A stretch of DNA of 64,000 nt from an uncultured Acidobacteriota bacterium (GCA_963777605.1 CAVZRV010000029.1:256001-320000); one strand, 5' to 3'; counted from the first letter of the stretch, positions 1 to 9,752 are shown. Numbers and translations: made by a program. Notes: a model not told the origin generated them from the letters alone.

Positions 1-64
1 AAGGCACGAAAGTGAAAAGTGCCAGCACACAAAATCCGAACACAATCCGTTTCGATTTGAACAT
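1..64 (-). CDS. 5' end of an exported protein running off the window
   Basis: Reverse strand reads MFKSKRIVFGFCVLALFTFVP (signal-peptide-like), preceded by GAAGGAG RBS. Confidence 0.45.
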   Translation of the reverse strand, partial: MFKSKRIVFGFCVLALFTFVP

Positions 65-177
65 CACGTCGACTCCTTCAATCGGACGGACATTTAGGGT
101 GAGTGAGAAAGGATTGATACCATCCTAGCATTCTGATGAACATAGCCACAACCGGTTCTACAGATTGTGACTTGCGA

Positions 178-248
178 AGATCGCACTGTTCCCCGGTTTT
201 GCCTGTAATGTGTCCGCGAGAATCCAACTCCAGCTCACTGGAACCAAA
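178..248 (+). repeat. short arm-only variant of the att-like repeat (copy s1)
   Basis: agatcgcactgttccccggttttgcctgtaatgtgtccgcgagaatccaactccagctcact; close match to 10003-10073. Confidence 0.85.
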
Positions 249-300
249 CACAGGAACCCGGGGCCGACGCGGTAGACATGCAGTTGGCCTCAATGGCGTT

Positions 301-1251
301 TCAGAATCTTAGCGGAACTTCAGAATGGAGAATCCCGGCTGGCTCAAGTGGCAGATCATATTTTTTGGCCAGGATCTCAAGAGACCTCTTCCCGAGCTCG
401 GGGTCAACGCTCGGACCCGTTATTATCTCTGTGATGGGAATGGAGAACGGCGTGGCGGTTGTGGGGAAGAAAAGGCAGGGAACGAGATGACTGCCCCTGA
501 CAAAGAACTCGCATTTCTCTCTGATCCTCCGGTGCCCGAAAAGCGATACCAAGCGCCATTCCGCTTCTTCAGAGAATGCTGGATCTTTGAAAAGCATGAA
601 GTGCTGCAGCAGGCGGAATCCGACCCAATTTGCGACCTCAGCGATCAGAGCACCCAGATTAGTTGCGAGTTGACTAGCCATCTCATCTGAAACCACGGCC
701 GCCGCACGCAAGAGCTTCTCAACCAACGAAACTTGGACCTTGCGTTCATAGATAACGTTGGACAGGAAGAAGCCACCCCTGTCCTCGCCTCCGTTAACAG
801 GGTCAAACTGTTTCGTTAGTTCTTTCGTGTCAAAACCGATCGAATATCCTGCGCCTTTATCGGCGTACCCCCTCCACTGGGAAAGTTGGTCACGGTTCTC
901 CGTGAGACAGAAGGCAAACGGCTGATTGTCGGCCCATACATAGCGACCCTCCCTGAGGAACTCGAACACCTTGGAGACTGGTCCCTTAGCATTGAATTCA
1001 GCCGCGATTCCTGTCGCGATAGTATGGATCAGATTCGAGGTGTAAGTTCCTTCGCTGAAGTCGTTCAGATATGCGACGTCACTCAGACGCAGTCTACTGG
1101 ATTTCAGAATGGCCAATAGACCATCTGGAGAAGTGTAGTGATACAGTGTGCTGGGCATGGACCTCCCGAGCGCCAGGCGCTCCTGCCTCCATGGTTCAGA
1201 TTCTTCCATGAGTCTCGTTCGGAGTCGCCCGCTTCGTTCTGCGTCCATCAC
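301..1251 (-). CDS. DUF2971 domain protein (defence-island associated)
   Basis: LYHYTS..., YLNDFSEG, FCLTENRDQLSQWRGYADKGAGYSIGF and KDPAFSEEAEWRL motifs typical of DUF2971. Confidence 0.85.
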   Translation of the reverse strand: MMDAERSGRLRTRLMEESEPWRQERLALGRSMPSTLYHYTSPDGLLAILKSSRLRLSDVAYLNDFSEGTYTSNLIHTIATGIAAEFNAKGPVSKVFEFLREGRYVWADNQPFAFCLTENRDQLSQWRGYADKGAGYSIGFDTKELTKQFDPVNGGEDRGGFFLSNVIYERKVQVSLVEKLLRAAAVVSDEMASQLATNLGALIAEVANWVGFRLLQHFMLFKDPAFSEEAEWRLVSLFGHRRIREKCEFFVRGSHLVPCLFFPTTATPFSIPITEIITGPSVDPELGKRSLEILAKKYDLPLEPAGILHSEVPLRF

Positions 1252-1717
1252 CTTGGACGTTACTCTCGCCGTCTGACCTCTGAATCGTCACGGTAACTCG
1301 GTGATTCCGTCTATTGTCCGTAGAGACCGGCCTGACTAGCTGAGCAGCATCATGCGCCGAGGTTGATACAGCCCAAGGTCAGGGCTGGTTCCCATTGTTC
1401 GGCTCGGCCGCAATCACTTCGGCCACGGAAAGGTATCGTCCTTGGCCTTGAAGGCCACCCGGCTATACCTGTAGCTGACCACCTGTCCGAGCGCGACGGG
1501 AGCCAAAGGAGAAATGCTCCCGGTATATGCAGGAGATAGGGGAGCACGTTCTCATAGTTGCGCCCTTGACAATCCAACTCCGTACAACTTGCCTGGGGGT
1601 CTGGTTGAAGAGTCTCAGGGGTGGCTTGAAGCTATCTAATCTCCTTTCAGAGGATCAATGTTGAATTGCGTCTTGTTCACCACTTCCCTACCATGTTGAT
1701 CTGGTACTGAGGTTGCA

Positions 1718-2467
1718 ATGACAGAGTTAGACCGAGACCGAGTTCGGGAGTTTCTCAGGTGGACGGATGGTCTGATGCGGGCTATGGAGATAGCTGGACG
1801 TGGCGATGATCCGAAGGACTTATGGAAGTACGCGGGCTATAGGCAGTTCGCCCGGAAGTACAATGACTTGTTAACAATCATCGCTCGGGAGTGTCCGTTA
1901 CCGCCACTGCTCGATCTCTATAAGGTGGATGCAATCCCCGGAAACGCGGACAGTTTCTCGTTTCAGCGCAAGGAGATTTTTGACGGTGTCTATGCAAACC
2001 TCTCATTACTGAAGGGCACCCTTGAAAGCCAGCTCGGTGTCGTGGAGGACGAGACAGAGGCACTGCGCGATTTCTTTCAATCGCGGCTTCGAAGCGCCGT
2101 TCTTCACGAGCCGCAGAAAGAATCCGAGGTCCAGGATGCCGTCGAGACACTGCTGATTGGACGGGGGCTTCAAAAGGGGGTTGAATATGACAGAGAAGTC
2201 GGGCGCGTCAAGGTTTCAACAAAAGAGTTTGTTCCGGACTTCATCTTGCCTCGGTTGTCGTTAGCGGTTGAGGTGAAGCTGGTCAAGAGACAAGGGCGTG
2301 TTTCAGAAGTTGTAGACGAGATCAACGCGGACATCAGGGCATATTCAAAGCGATACAGGAGCTTACTTTTCATCGTCTATGACTTAGGATTTATCCGAGA
2401 CGAGCTTGAATTTAAGCAAGGCCTAGAAGATCCCGGCAATGTGGCGGTGATCATTGTGAAGCAGTGA
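1718..2467 (+). CDS. PD-(D/E)XK nuclease, REase_DpnII-MboI-like C-terminal domain
   Basis: ESEVQDAV...REVG...PDFIL...AVEVKL...EINADIRAY...LLFIVYD pattern. Confidence 0.75.
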   Translation: MTELDRDRVREFLRWTDGLMRAMEIAGRGDDPKDLWKYAGYRQFARKYNDLLTIIARECPLPPLLDLYKVDAIPGNADSFSFQRKEIFDGVYANLSLLKGTLESQLGVVEDETEALRDFFQSRLRSAVLHEPQKESEVQDAVETLLIGRGLQKGVEYDREVGRVKVSTKEFVPDFILPRLSLAVEVKLVKRQGRVSEVVDEINADIRAYSKRYRSLLFIVYDLGFIRDELEFKQGLEDPGNVAVIIVKQ

Positions 2468-2526
2468 ACGAGTTACTTGGAGATAGAGAGATCCGACGCC
2501 AGTGGAATGGTGCCATGCGCCATTAG

Positions 2527-2814
2527 ATGTGGTTATCACCTATGAATGATCAGGCGATCCTCGCTGCAATTGAAAAGAACTACCGAATTAGAAACCGACG
2601 GCTTGCCTTGGCCGTATTGGACGGCGCACGCCGAAGACCAGAGGCTCTCCGCTCGGCAGGAGACAGGTGTTCGATATGTCGACAACCAGAGCGGGGTGGT
2701 GGGTTGGTAGTATATCGGCTGCAAGACGGGCAAGAGCAATTGGTCGGACATCGCTGCGCAGAGTATTTAGACTATCTGACCGGGCACCCCACACTTGTTC
2801 AACGGCTACTGTAA
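2527..2814 (+). CDS. small hypothetical protein with CxxC...HRC (possible Zn binding)
   Basis: 95-aa ORF co-oriented behind the nuclease; CSIC and VGHRC motifs. Confidence 0.5.
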   Translation: MWLSPMNDQAILAAIEKNYRIRNRRLALAVLDGARRRPEALRSAGDRCSICRQPERGGGLVVYRLQDGQEQLVGHRCAEYLDYLTGHPTLVQRLL

Positions 2815-3536
2815 GTAGTCTGATTATCGTTAGCACCCTGCACCATAAGATCCCGCCTCAGGTATTCTGAGACTGCCTTTCGGATTCGTCTTCGTGGGAT
2901 GGCGTCTTTCGCCACCAGCACTAAGGCAATCTGACTGTCGGCGATGCTGATGGGGGTCAGCGCAGCCAAGCTCCTCCTGAATCCGGTTGTGAAGGTCGGT
3001 CAGGTAGGCTTCCCGCTGGACTGAGGAAGATGCTGATAGAGAACCAGGACGGAGTCCCGGCTCATTCGGGTGAAGAGTACCCTGGCTTCGGAATACCGGA
3101 TGTATTTATGGAGGTTCCCGGGCCGGGACGTCTTCACCTCCAGGCCGTTGTCAGGATCGACCAGGATCACTGCTGACTGCAGACTGCTGGGTGGGATCTG
3201 CTCGAAGTAGTTGTCCCGGGTCGCGTGGGTGAACTCCATCTCCAGGGTGTCCCCGTACGGGCAGTAATCGAACTGGATGTGCGGTTTCCTTATGTACTCC
3301 CGCAGGCGCACAACCTCCCGGCGACCATCACCCAGGCATTCCTGCAGGAACCGATAGAGGGATTCCCGGCCAACTCCCATTGAGTATTTGATCTTTGCTC
3401 CGTCCTGCCCACCGTCGTCAGCAGTCAGCATTGGTATGAACGTGAACCGTTTGATGCGGGGGAGGTTCTCGGTGAGGAAGATGCAGAGGTCGTATTTGAA
3501 GTAGTCGTTCCGATCCCCGAAGTACTGATTCTTCAT
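2799..3536 (-). CDS. conserved hypothetical protein (MKNQYFGD...DPDNG type, possible methyltransferase fold), frameshifted
   Basis: ORF 3000-3536 continues in other frames (VQREAYLTDLHNRIQEELG, PISIADSQIALVLVAKD) to a stop at 2799. Confidence 0.6.
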
Positions 3537-3602
3537 CCCGCGCCGTCCAGCTCAGAATCCTCGTCCGGGATTCTAACGGCTGAGACGCAGATTGTCACTT
3601 AT

Positions 3603-3614
3603 CGTCTGTAGACG
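3603..3614. promoter_or_regulatory. palindromic operator upstream of the XRE regulator
   Basis: CGTCT-GT-AGACG inverted repeat, a further CGTCTG half-site downstream, ~30 bp before the ATG at 3646. Confidence 0.45.
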
Positions 3615-3645
3615 GATCGTCTGCATTCCACGTATCGCTAGCTGG

Positions 3646-3891
3646 ATGAAGCGCAGGGCGAGTCAAGATATCTGCATTCGCTTCGGCCTTGCGGTCCGGA
3701 AGCGGAGGTCAGAATTGGGAATATCCCAAGAGAAGCTCGCCGAACGTGCGGAACTGCACCGAACCTACATCGCAGACATCGAAAGAGGATCCCGGAACCC
3801 GTCTTTGCGGGCGGTTGAGAAGGTCGCTGCGGGGTTGGGCATGGATCTGGGCGAACTGTTCGAGGGTTTACCGAATCAGGGCAGGTCCTGA
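3646..3891 (+). CDS. XRE/Cro-C1 HTH regulator, resembling restriction-modification controller proteins
   Basis: FGLAVRKRRSELGISQEKLAERAELHRTYIADIERGSRNPSL. Confidence 0.9.
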   Translation: MKRRASQDICIRFGLAVRKRRSELGISQEKLAERAELHRTYIADIERGSRNPSLRAVEKVAAGLGMDLGELFEGLPNQGRS

Positions 3892-4151
3892 GGCACCCGT
3901 TCCTCGAACCATTGCCGGAGCCGGTTTGGCTTGATCACGAATTGAGCCAACGCAGGGAGATTCGGAAACTCGCACGAATGCTCGGGGAATCCTTCTTGTC
4001 GAATGGTCGCCATAACCGGACGAGAAAGTGGCCGGTGTATCGCCACTGACAGCTTGGATTCGCTGTCTCCATGCTCGAACCGGATGAGCTTGGAGTTTTC
4101 CTCGGTCAACTGCCAGCCGTGCATGATCATGGATTGAACGAACAGGCTCAT
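3876..4151 (-). CDS. small hypothetical protein; paralog at 32743-32874
   Basis: MSLFVQSMIMHGWQLTEENSKLIRFEH; N-terminus and upstream DNA conserved in the second copy. Confidence 0.65.
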   Translation of the reverse strand: MSLFVQSMIMHGWQLTEENSKLIRFEHGDSESKLSVAIHRPLSRPVMATIRQEGFPEHSCEFPNLPALAQFVIKPNRLRQWFEERVPQDLP

Positions 4152-4231
4152 CGAACGCTCCCTGGTTGCCAAGCTAACGCCTGATCCCGGAGGTCGGGAA
4201 GACCCTCTCCTTGGGCTCGGATGCCAGGATC

Positions 4232-4245
4232 GCTATATCTATAGC
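4232..4245. promoter_or_regulatory. palindrome GCTATA-TC-TATAGC upstream of the small gene
   Basis: Perfect inverted repeat, also at 32948-32963 in the same relative position. Confidence 0.55.
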
Positions 4246-4506
4246 TGGCCACCTCTTCCTGTGCAACGGAAGTCAGACGAGAAATGGTCGTGACTCATAG
4301 GGAAACCCGGGTCCTGATCGCTCGTCACCTGGAGTGGTTATCATCAGCGATATCGAGAACAACCATGGAAGAATGGGACTCCTCAGAGAGAAGGCTGCAA
4401 CTACTTTCCGCTAGCCCCACCGCTGAAGTTGTGAGCTTCAATTGCAGTTGGGACTAGAAGACGGGGCGGTCTGCTCGGGAGCGCCGGTTTGTTCCGGGAG
4501 TATGAG

Positions 4507-4971
4507 ATGACAACCGCTCAACAGATATTTTCAATCTTCTTTGCGGTCTTGTATGGTGCAATGTTGACGAGCATTTCAGGCTTGCAGGCATTCCCCTGGG
4601 GGTTTCCTGCTGAACGCGGTAAGAGGATTCGGCTGGCCTGGCGTCTCCTTGTTGCTTTGCTCTGTTTCAATATCCTCCCATTTCTAATCTTTGCCTCAGG
4701 TTATATGGTTCTCGCGAGTCATGAAACGTCTGCGTTAACCTACCTGTCCGTCCTTGGGATAGCGGTGTCCTCATTGTCAGTTTTTGCACCGTACCGCATC
4801 TACCACTGGCTCATGGTGGCCCTAAGAGACGGGGCTTTTTCTCTGTACGACACCGCGGATTACGAGATAGTTCGAAATTCTCGGTCAATTAGAGAATCCC
4901 CGCTGGGTCAGTTCTTGGCACTCATTATCTATGGGTTGGCGTTTTTCCTAACCTTCTGGGTGAATTGTTAG
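4507..4971 (+). CDS. 4-TM membrane protein of unknown function
   Basis: Four hydrophobic segments in a 154-aa ORF. Confidence 0.7.
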   Translation: MTTAQQIFSIFFAVLYGAMLTSISGLQAFPWGFPAERGKRIRLAWRLLVALLCFNILPFLIFASGYMVLASHETSALTYLSVLGIAVSSLSVFAPYRIYHWLMVALRDGAFSLYDTADYEIVRNSRSIRESPLGQFLALIIYGLAFFLTFWVNC

Positions 4972-5535
4972 CGTGGCTAATCTGCGTTTAGCATGGCGAG
5001 GGTACCCCTGGCCATCCACGCGAAAATCGAGTACCTTTCCGTTCTTCAGTTGGATTGAGCCGCCCTCCCTGGTGACGGTTACCCGGTCACCCGGTGGCAA
5101 TTCGCGGAGTGATGTGAAGACCGATTCCAACTGCACATGGTAAACGGTGAATATCGCGGACCCAGATTCCGTCAGATAGGCTTGGTTCTCCACCATGGTG
5201 CCCAGCACGACCGCGTCACTTTGATCGACGGGCAGAGCCGGAACGGCCAAGAACCAGTGAGACTTGACGAGAATCCTTCCGACCGGGGTCTCCTCCAAGG
5301 GGCGCCCACCGTGGGTTCTGAAGTCGTAGTATTCACGGAGGGACCGAAGTTCGTTTCCTTCCAGGAACGGAGTCCCACCTGCAGACGGGAGTTGATGAAT
5401 CGGAGGGGCCTGGTACCCACGAATGAGGTCGCTGATCTTCTCTTTGCGGGCGTTTTCAGAGGATCCGTTCTGTTGCACCCACAGCCCGAAGGACAAACTC
5501 GTCATGAGGACTGCAACGCACAGGACTGATCTCAT
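4948..5535 (-). pseudogene. exported protein homologous to the C-terminal domain of 6736-8394, 3'-truncated
   Basis: Signal peptide; DAVVLGTM...SGSAIFTVY...TREGGSI...GQGYPR aligns with DTVVIATV...DGSAIYSEY...TRAGGSL...GRGFPR; homology stops before YIFFL. Confidence 0.65.
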
Positions 5536-5636
5536 TGCACCACCGTTGAGCCGCCGCGAGATACGTTTAGTGTCATTCTGCTGCTGAAGTGGGCCTCGGT
5601 CAATGCCTATTCGGTCCGCTAGTCTATAATCGAACC

Positions 5637-5861
5637 ATGACGGTGCGCCAGATTCTGGAAGAGGCGAAACGGCTGGAGCCGATCGAACGGGCTGAATTGT
5701 TGGAGCAATTGTTCGCAACCTTCGAGGCCTCCGACCCTTCGGTTGATGCCGCGTGGTCTGTGGAAGTGGAAGAGAGGCTTTCCGCCTATCGAGCGGGCAA
5801 GATTGAAGCGGTTCCCTTCGAAGACGTCCTCGATCGCATCAACAAGGGCCATCGAGGTTGA
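5637..5861 (+). CDS. addiction module antitoxin (TIGR02574-like)
   Basis: L..IERAELLEQL...VDAAWSVEVEERLSAYRAGKIEAVPFEDV; overlaps the toxin start. Confidence 0.85.
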   Translation: MTVRQILEEAKRLEPIERAELLEQLFATFEASDPSVDAAWSVEVEERLSAYRAGKIEAVPFEDVLDRINKGHRG

Positions 5862-6148
5862 AGATTCACTTCCTGCGTCCTGCGGAAGTTGAGCTCAGAG
5901 AGGCAGTTGATTATTACAATCGACAGTCGCCGGGACTGGGCTACGAGTTCGCCGCCGAGGTGAAGCGGGCCATTGAGCGAATCAAGTCTCATCCGGAGGC
6001 TTGGCACCGTCTATCCGAGAACACACGGCGTTGTCGGCTCAACCGATTCCCATACGCTCTCGTTTACGCTATTGACGGGAACCAGTTGTTGATTTTGGCT
6101 GTAATGCATATGAGTAGGCACCCAGACAGTTGGAAAGGCCGAGCCTGA
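5858..6148 (+). CDS. RelE/ParE family toxin
   Basis: AEVELREAVDYY...PGLGYEF...RRCRLNRFPYALVY...ILAVMHMSRHP. Confidence 0.9.
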   Translation: MKIHFLRPAEVELREAVDYYNRQSPGLGYEFAAEVKRAIERIKSHPEAWHRLSENTRRCRLNRFPYALVYAIDGNQLLILAVMHMSRHPDSWKGRA

Positions 6149-6251
6149 GCTTCCAGTTGATCGCTGCCAAGCCTATCGGTCAGGAGTCCGAAGCCTCTGC
6201 CATTAGGGGGGCATCCGTGAATTTGGGGAATCCACACAGACTCGGAATGAC

Positions 6252-6435
6252 TGTGCCTCCACTGTGCCCGCGGGGATCTCGTCTGAGCTCACCCAAACCA
6301 ACTCCAGCTCAAGGTCGGGTTTCAGGATGATGCGGGTTCTCTTTATATTTCAAAGGCTTACGGAATCACGCAACAGCCCTTAATATCCTGTGGGGGGGAA
6401 CCCCCGTACGGGTTCGATTCCCGTCCCGGGCATTT
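6252..6435 (+). repeat. att-like site A: integrase arm, IHF-like box and tRNA-Leu 3' half
   Basis: TGTGCC at 6252 and 6263; TTTCAAaggcTTA 6348-6360; tRNA fragment 6379-6432. Confidence 0.9.
6379..6432 (+). pseudogene. tRNA-Leu(TAA) 3' half, anticodon loop variant CTTAATA
   Basis: Anticodon loop, long variable arm, ACGGG-TTCGATT-CCCGT T-arm, acceptor 3' strand and discriminator A; no 5' half. Confidence 0.85.
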
Positions 6436-6482
6436 CGAAGTGCGAAATTCGAAGTGCGAATTTGAATTTGGCCATATGGAGT

Positions 6483-6506
6483 GCTGAACCGAGAGGTTCA
6501 GCTTTT
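6483..6506 (+). terminator. intrinsic terminator downstream of att site A
   Basis: GCTGAACC-GAGA-GGTTCAGC-TTTT. Confidence 0.65.
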
Positions 6507-6735
6507 GCGCGCCTGGTATGGCTTGCCGTGTCTCAGGAAGCGAAAGCTTCCGTCCTCTTCAATTGTGTACGATACCGGGAGGGGCAATTCATGGGTTTCC
6601 TCGCTGGGCAAGTGATAATGCTTCGGGCCGGCAACCAGGCAGGGCTTTCTCGATCGCTTCCAAGCGGGCCAGTTGCCCCGTTTTCTGGGGACGAACGGCT
6701 TGGGCTTTCCGCTCAACGCCAGACGGGTTCGACGC

Positions 6736-8394
6736 CTAACCGTCGGATTGACGGGCCTGGAGGATCATCATGAGAAACTCAGCCTCATTCATGCCCGCAT
6801 ACGGCATTTCGGGGTGAGGATCGACGGGGACTATCGTATCCAGCTTGGACCAGTACGCCCGGTGGATCGTGTAGTCCTCGGTTTCGGGGTTCCACTCCAA
6901 AAAGAAGATGTACCGCTCGTTGAGCCTGGGGAAGCCCCGGCCGGTAACCGTATAGGTCGCCCATCGTCGATCATTGATATCAAGTGATCCTCCCGCTCGC
7001 GTTCCGGTCAGGACTCCCTGGACAAGCGGCCGGGTCATGGTCCCGTCGATTACACGCTCCACCTTCAGGCGGTATTCCGAATAAATCGCGGATCCATCCA
7101 GAGAATAGAAGCTCTGAATTCCATCCACTGTCGCGATGACAACGGTATCCTGATTGGGGTCCGCTAGTGACGGGAGGTCCGTCGAGACGTGTTCTCTGTT
7201 CTTCCAAACCGTTTGCCATCGTTCCAGGAGACGGGGAATGCCCGGCTGGTTGTACCGCGCGGATCTGCTGTCACGCAGATCTGCGGAAACGGCTGTTGAA
7301 TGACCCTTTGGACTCCTCCGTTCGGGCAATGAGAAGCGCTCGATCTCGGACCACAATCCCTCCAGTCCCAAGGGGTTGCTGCGGAGCTGAACGACCGCTT
7401 CCCGTTCGAACGGAATCAGCAAGGGATCGAATCGCCAGACCTTGTCCAAACCGATTGCGGCAAAGCTCTCGGCGTAGTAGCGTTCATCTTCATTGGCAAA
7501 AATGCCCGTTTGATGTGCCTTGCCGCCTTCATCTGTGACGGCCAACTGAATCCGGCAGGCTCCGCAGCCGCAGGTCCTGCTGAACGCTGTGATCTCCTTT
7601 CCCACCATGGGCTTTCCGTCAAGATGGAAGGTCAGCCGGAACTTCCGGTTTTTCCAGTACTCGACTCGTATTGGTGTGACCCTATTGGTCAAACGGGTAA
7701 TCAAACGGTCCCGTGCATCATCCAGGTCCGTATTTCCGCGGATATGGGCATGCAGACCCGTGGGGAAACGGAACAGGTATTCGAAGTCCCCGTCGGGAAC
7801 TTCGATGAGCCCGTCGTCGTTGCTCTCCGCCACCTTGAGTAAATCTATTCCGTTTGCGACTGTGCAGTGGTTCGACGTGCTCCAGAGCATGTTGATTTCA
7901 ACCTTCGCTCCCGCAACCGGCGTCCCATCGGTGGTCATCAGACGGACCAACCTCTCCTCCGGCCACCGCAGTACGACATCGACCGTAATCACATCGTCGA
8001 TCCCAAGTGCTACTGCTGCATGTCTCGGGAATGAGACCGTCCGGGGAATCGAGAGGTCGGTTTCCTCTCCGAATAACTTGAATGGTTTCGACTTGAGCGG
8101 AGCGTAGCCGGAAGCCCGAAGCAGGATATGCCCTTCCACCGCGTTGGGTATCGGTCGCTCCGGCCACCACCGCTTGAGTTCGTCGGGAGTCAAGACGACA
8201 GTCACCGTGCTGCCGGTCGGCTGAAGACTGTGCCGACGGGTACCCCCATAATTCAAGAGGAGCATCTCGGCCTCAACCGAGGGGATCGGACGACCCTCTT
8301 CGTCGGTCACCTGAAGGATCAGCTCAGCCGCGGACAGTTCCACCATCAGGGCATAGAGGCAGAGCAGAATGACGGATGTCTTTCTCTTGATCAC
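6736..8394 (-). CDS. exported Cys-cluster protein with carboxypeptidase-regulatory-like beta-sandwich repeats
   Basis: Signal peptide, VTDEEGRPIP and TTDGTPVAGAKV repeats, WSTSNHC and CGCGAC motifs; start set at GTG 8394 (ORF open to 8451). Confidence 0.75.
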   Translation of the reverse strand: MIKRKTSVILLCLYALMVELSAAELILQVTDEEGRPIPSVEAEMLLLNYGGTRRHSLQPTGSTVTVVLTPDELKRWWPERPIPNAVEGHILLRASGYAPLKSKPFKLFGEETDLSIPRTVSFPRHAAVALGIDDVITVDVVLRWPEERLVRLMTTDGTPVAGAKVEINMLWSTSNHCTVANGIDLLKVAESNDDGLIEVPDGDFEYLFRFPTGLHAHIRGNTDLDDARDRLITRLTNRVTPIRVEYWKNRKFRLTFHLDGKPMVGKEITAFSRTCGCGACRIQLAVTDEGGKAHQTGIFANEDERYYAESFAAIGLDKVWRFDPLLIPFEREAVVQLRSNPLGLEGLWSEIERFSLPERRSPKGHSTAVSADLRDSRSARYNQPGIPRLLERWQTVWKNREHVSTDLPSLADPNQDTVVIATVDGIQSFYSLDGSAIYSEYRLKVERVIDGTMTRPLVQGVLTGTRAGGSLDINDRRWATYTVTGRGFPRLNERYIFFLEWNPETEDYTIHRAYWSKLDTIVPVDPHPEMPYAGMNEAEFLMMILQARQSDG

Positions 8395-8464
8395 GATGGT
8401 CGTCTCGCGGGGATCATCGTATCGGCCGGTTTGGTGGATGGCAAACTCCAATTCGGCAGAGTGG

Positions 8465-9157
8465 CTAGTCGGGCTTCATGGTGATCACGACGGTGAAGAT
8501 GACGGATACGGGTTCTCCGCCAAGGTAGGTCGGCTCCCATGTCCATTGTCTGACCGCCTCGGTTGCGGCCTCCGCCAGTTTGCGATTCCCTCGAATAGTC
8601 TTCACGTCCACGACGCTTCCCGTCTTGTCGGCCGTCACCTGGAGCAGGATGGTGTCCTCGATTCCTTCCTGTCTGAGCGCCTCGGGATAGATCGGCGGGA
8701 CGAATACCCGGAGTTTCCGTTCCTGAACGCGCTCACCAACCCGGATCGGTTCTCGACCGCCGTGGGGCGGTGGCTTGTTCACGATCTGAGAGCCTCGGAT
8801 CACGATGGCTTTAGCGACAGCCTGAAGGGGATAGGTTGGGTGCACGTTCGGCTGAAGCCAGAGTTTCAGGAACGATCCAGGTTTGAGTGCGTCGAAATCA
8901 GCGCGCTTGAGCGGTTCGAGATAGATCTCAGTATCGGCGGTGACCGTTATCGAGGTAACGAGATTCTCATCCGAAGGCTCAAATCGGCCTCCCTCATTCC
9001 GGAAGACGGAGAACTCTCCGATGACTCTCCCCGGTTGGTCAAACTTGGTGACTTGCTTGATGAAGCCCCGGAGGTCTGGCGTTCCATGGGGAGGAGCCGA
9101 CGGCACATTGCAAGCGAGAGCCTGGAGGACGAGGACCAACTGAAGGCTTACCAACAT
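8465..9157 (-). CDS. TonB C-terminal domain protein with N-terminal OB-fold-like region
   Basis: PIRVGERVQERKL...PIYPEALRQEGIEDTILLQV...LAEAATEAVRQWTWEPTYLGGEPVSV. Confidence 0.85.
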   Translation of the reverse strand: MLVSLQLVLVLQALACNVPSAPPHGTPDLRGFIKQVTKFDQPGRVIGEFSVFRNEGGRFEPSDENLVTSITVTADTEIYLEPLKRADFDALKPGSFLKLWLQPNVHPTYPLQAVAKAIVIRGSQIVNKPPPHGGREPIRVGERVQERKLRVFVPPIYPEALRQEGIEDTILLQVTADKTGSVVDVKTIRGNRKLAEAATEAVRQWTWEPTYLGGEPVSVIFTVVITMKPD

Positions 9158-9307
9158 CTCACCAACTTAGACTGCACTGGCGGCTTCTTTGTTCCCGCCT
9201 TTCGCCCGGTCGAGATCTGGTCCATCACATCGTAGCTGAGCGCATAGAGTTGAGCGTTTGGTCATATCGTGGTGGTGCATCCTCTGACACGCGGGTATTC
9301 TTGACCA

Positions 9308-9496
9308 GTGAAGGTCAGGGATCTGATCAGGTTGATCGAAGAGGACGGATGGTGGCAGGCTCGAACCCGGGGCAGTCATCGTCAATTCAAGCACTCGGAG
9401 AAGCCTGGACTGGTGACCATTTCGGGTAAGATGGGAGATGAACTTGCCCCTGGAACGTTGAACAGCGTTCTGAAGCAGGCGGGACTCAAACGATGA
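9308..9496 (+). CDS. hicA: HicA family toxin
   Basis: EDGW..ARTRGSHRQFKH...GLVTI...GTLNSVLKQAGL. Confidence 0.92.
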   Translation: MKVRDLIRLIEEDGWWQARTRGSHRQFKHSEKPGLVTISGKMGDELAPGTLNSVLKQAGLKR

Positions 9497-9708
9497 AGCG
9501 TTATTTGATTGTTATCGAGGAAACAAAAAGCGGGTTTTCAGCCTACTCTCCCGATCTGGACGGCTGCATTGCCACGGGAGCGACGCAAGAAGAGGTGGAG
9601 TCGAGAATGAGGGCGGCCATCGAGTTCCACCTTGAGGGACTCAAGGAAGAGGGTTGTCAAATTCCGGAGCCTCACACGGAATCCCGGTATGTCGATGTCG
9701 CTGTTTGA
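9493..9708 (+). CDS. hicB: HicB family antitoxin (short form)
   Basis: YLIVIE...FSAYSPDLDGCIATGAT.EE...AIEFHLEGL. Confidence 0.92.
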   Translation: MKRYLIVIEETKSGFSAYSPDLDGCIATGATQEEVESRMRAAIEFHLEGLKEEGCQIPEPHTESRYVDVAV

Positions 9709-9752
9709 GCGACTTGCGCGGGGAAGGAATTGCCTGAACGGCGGTTCGGAGT

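Noticed and set aside
1571-1581. aatccaactcc match to the att arm
   Set aside because: Only 11 bp with no flanking similarity; may be chance
2820-6745. Integron attC sites (gttagc, gctaac and gcctaac motifs near 2829, 3572, 4173, 4967, 6734)
   Set aside because: No paired RYYYAAC...GTTRRRY with a palindromic interior could be found, and there is no intI
6390-6773. Repeated ORFs starting MGGNPRTGSIPV (6390, 9892, 25017)
   Set aside because: Translations of the tRNA fragment; the sequences diverge immediately after it
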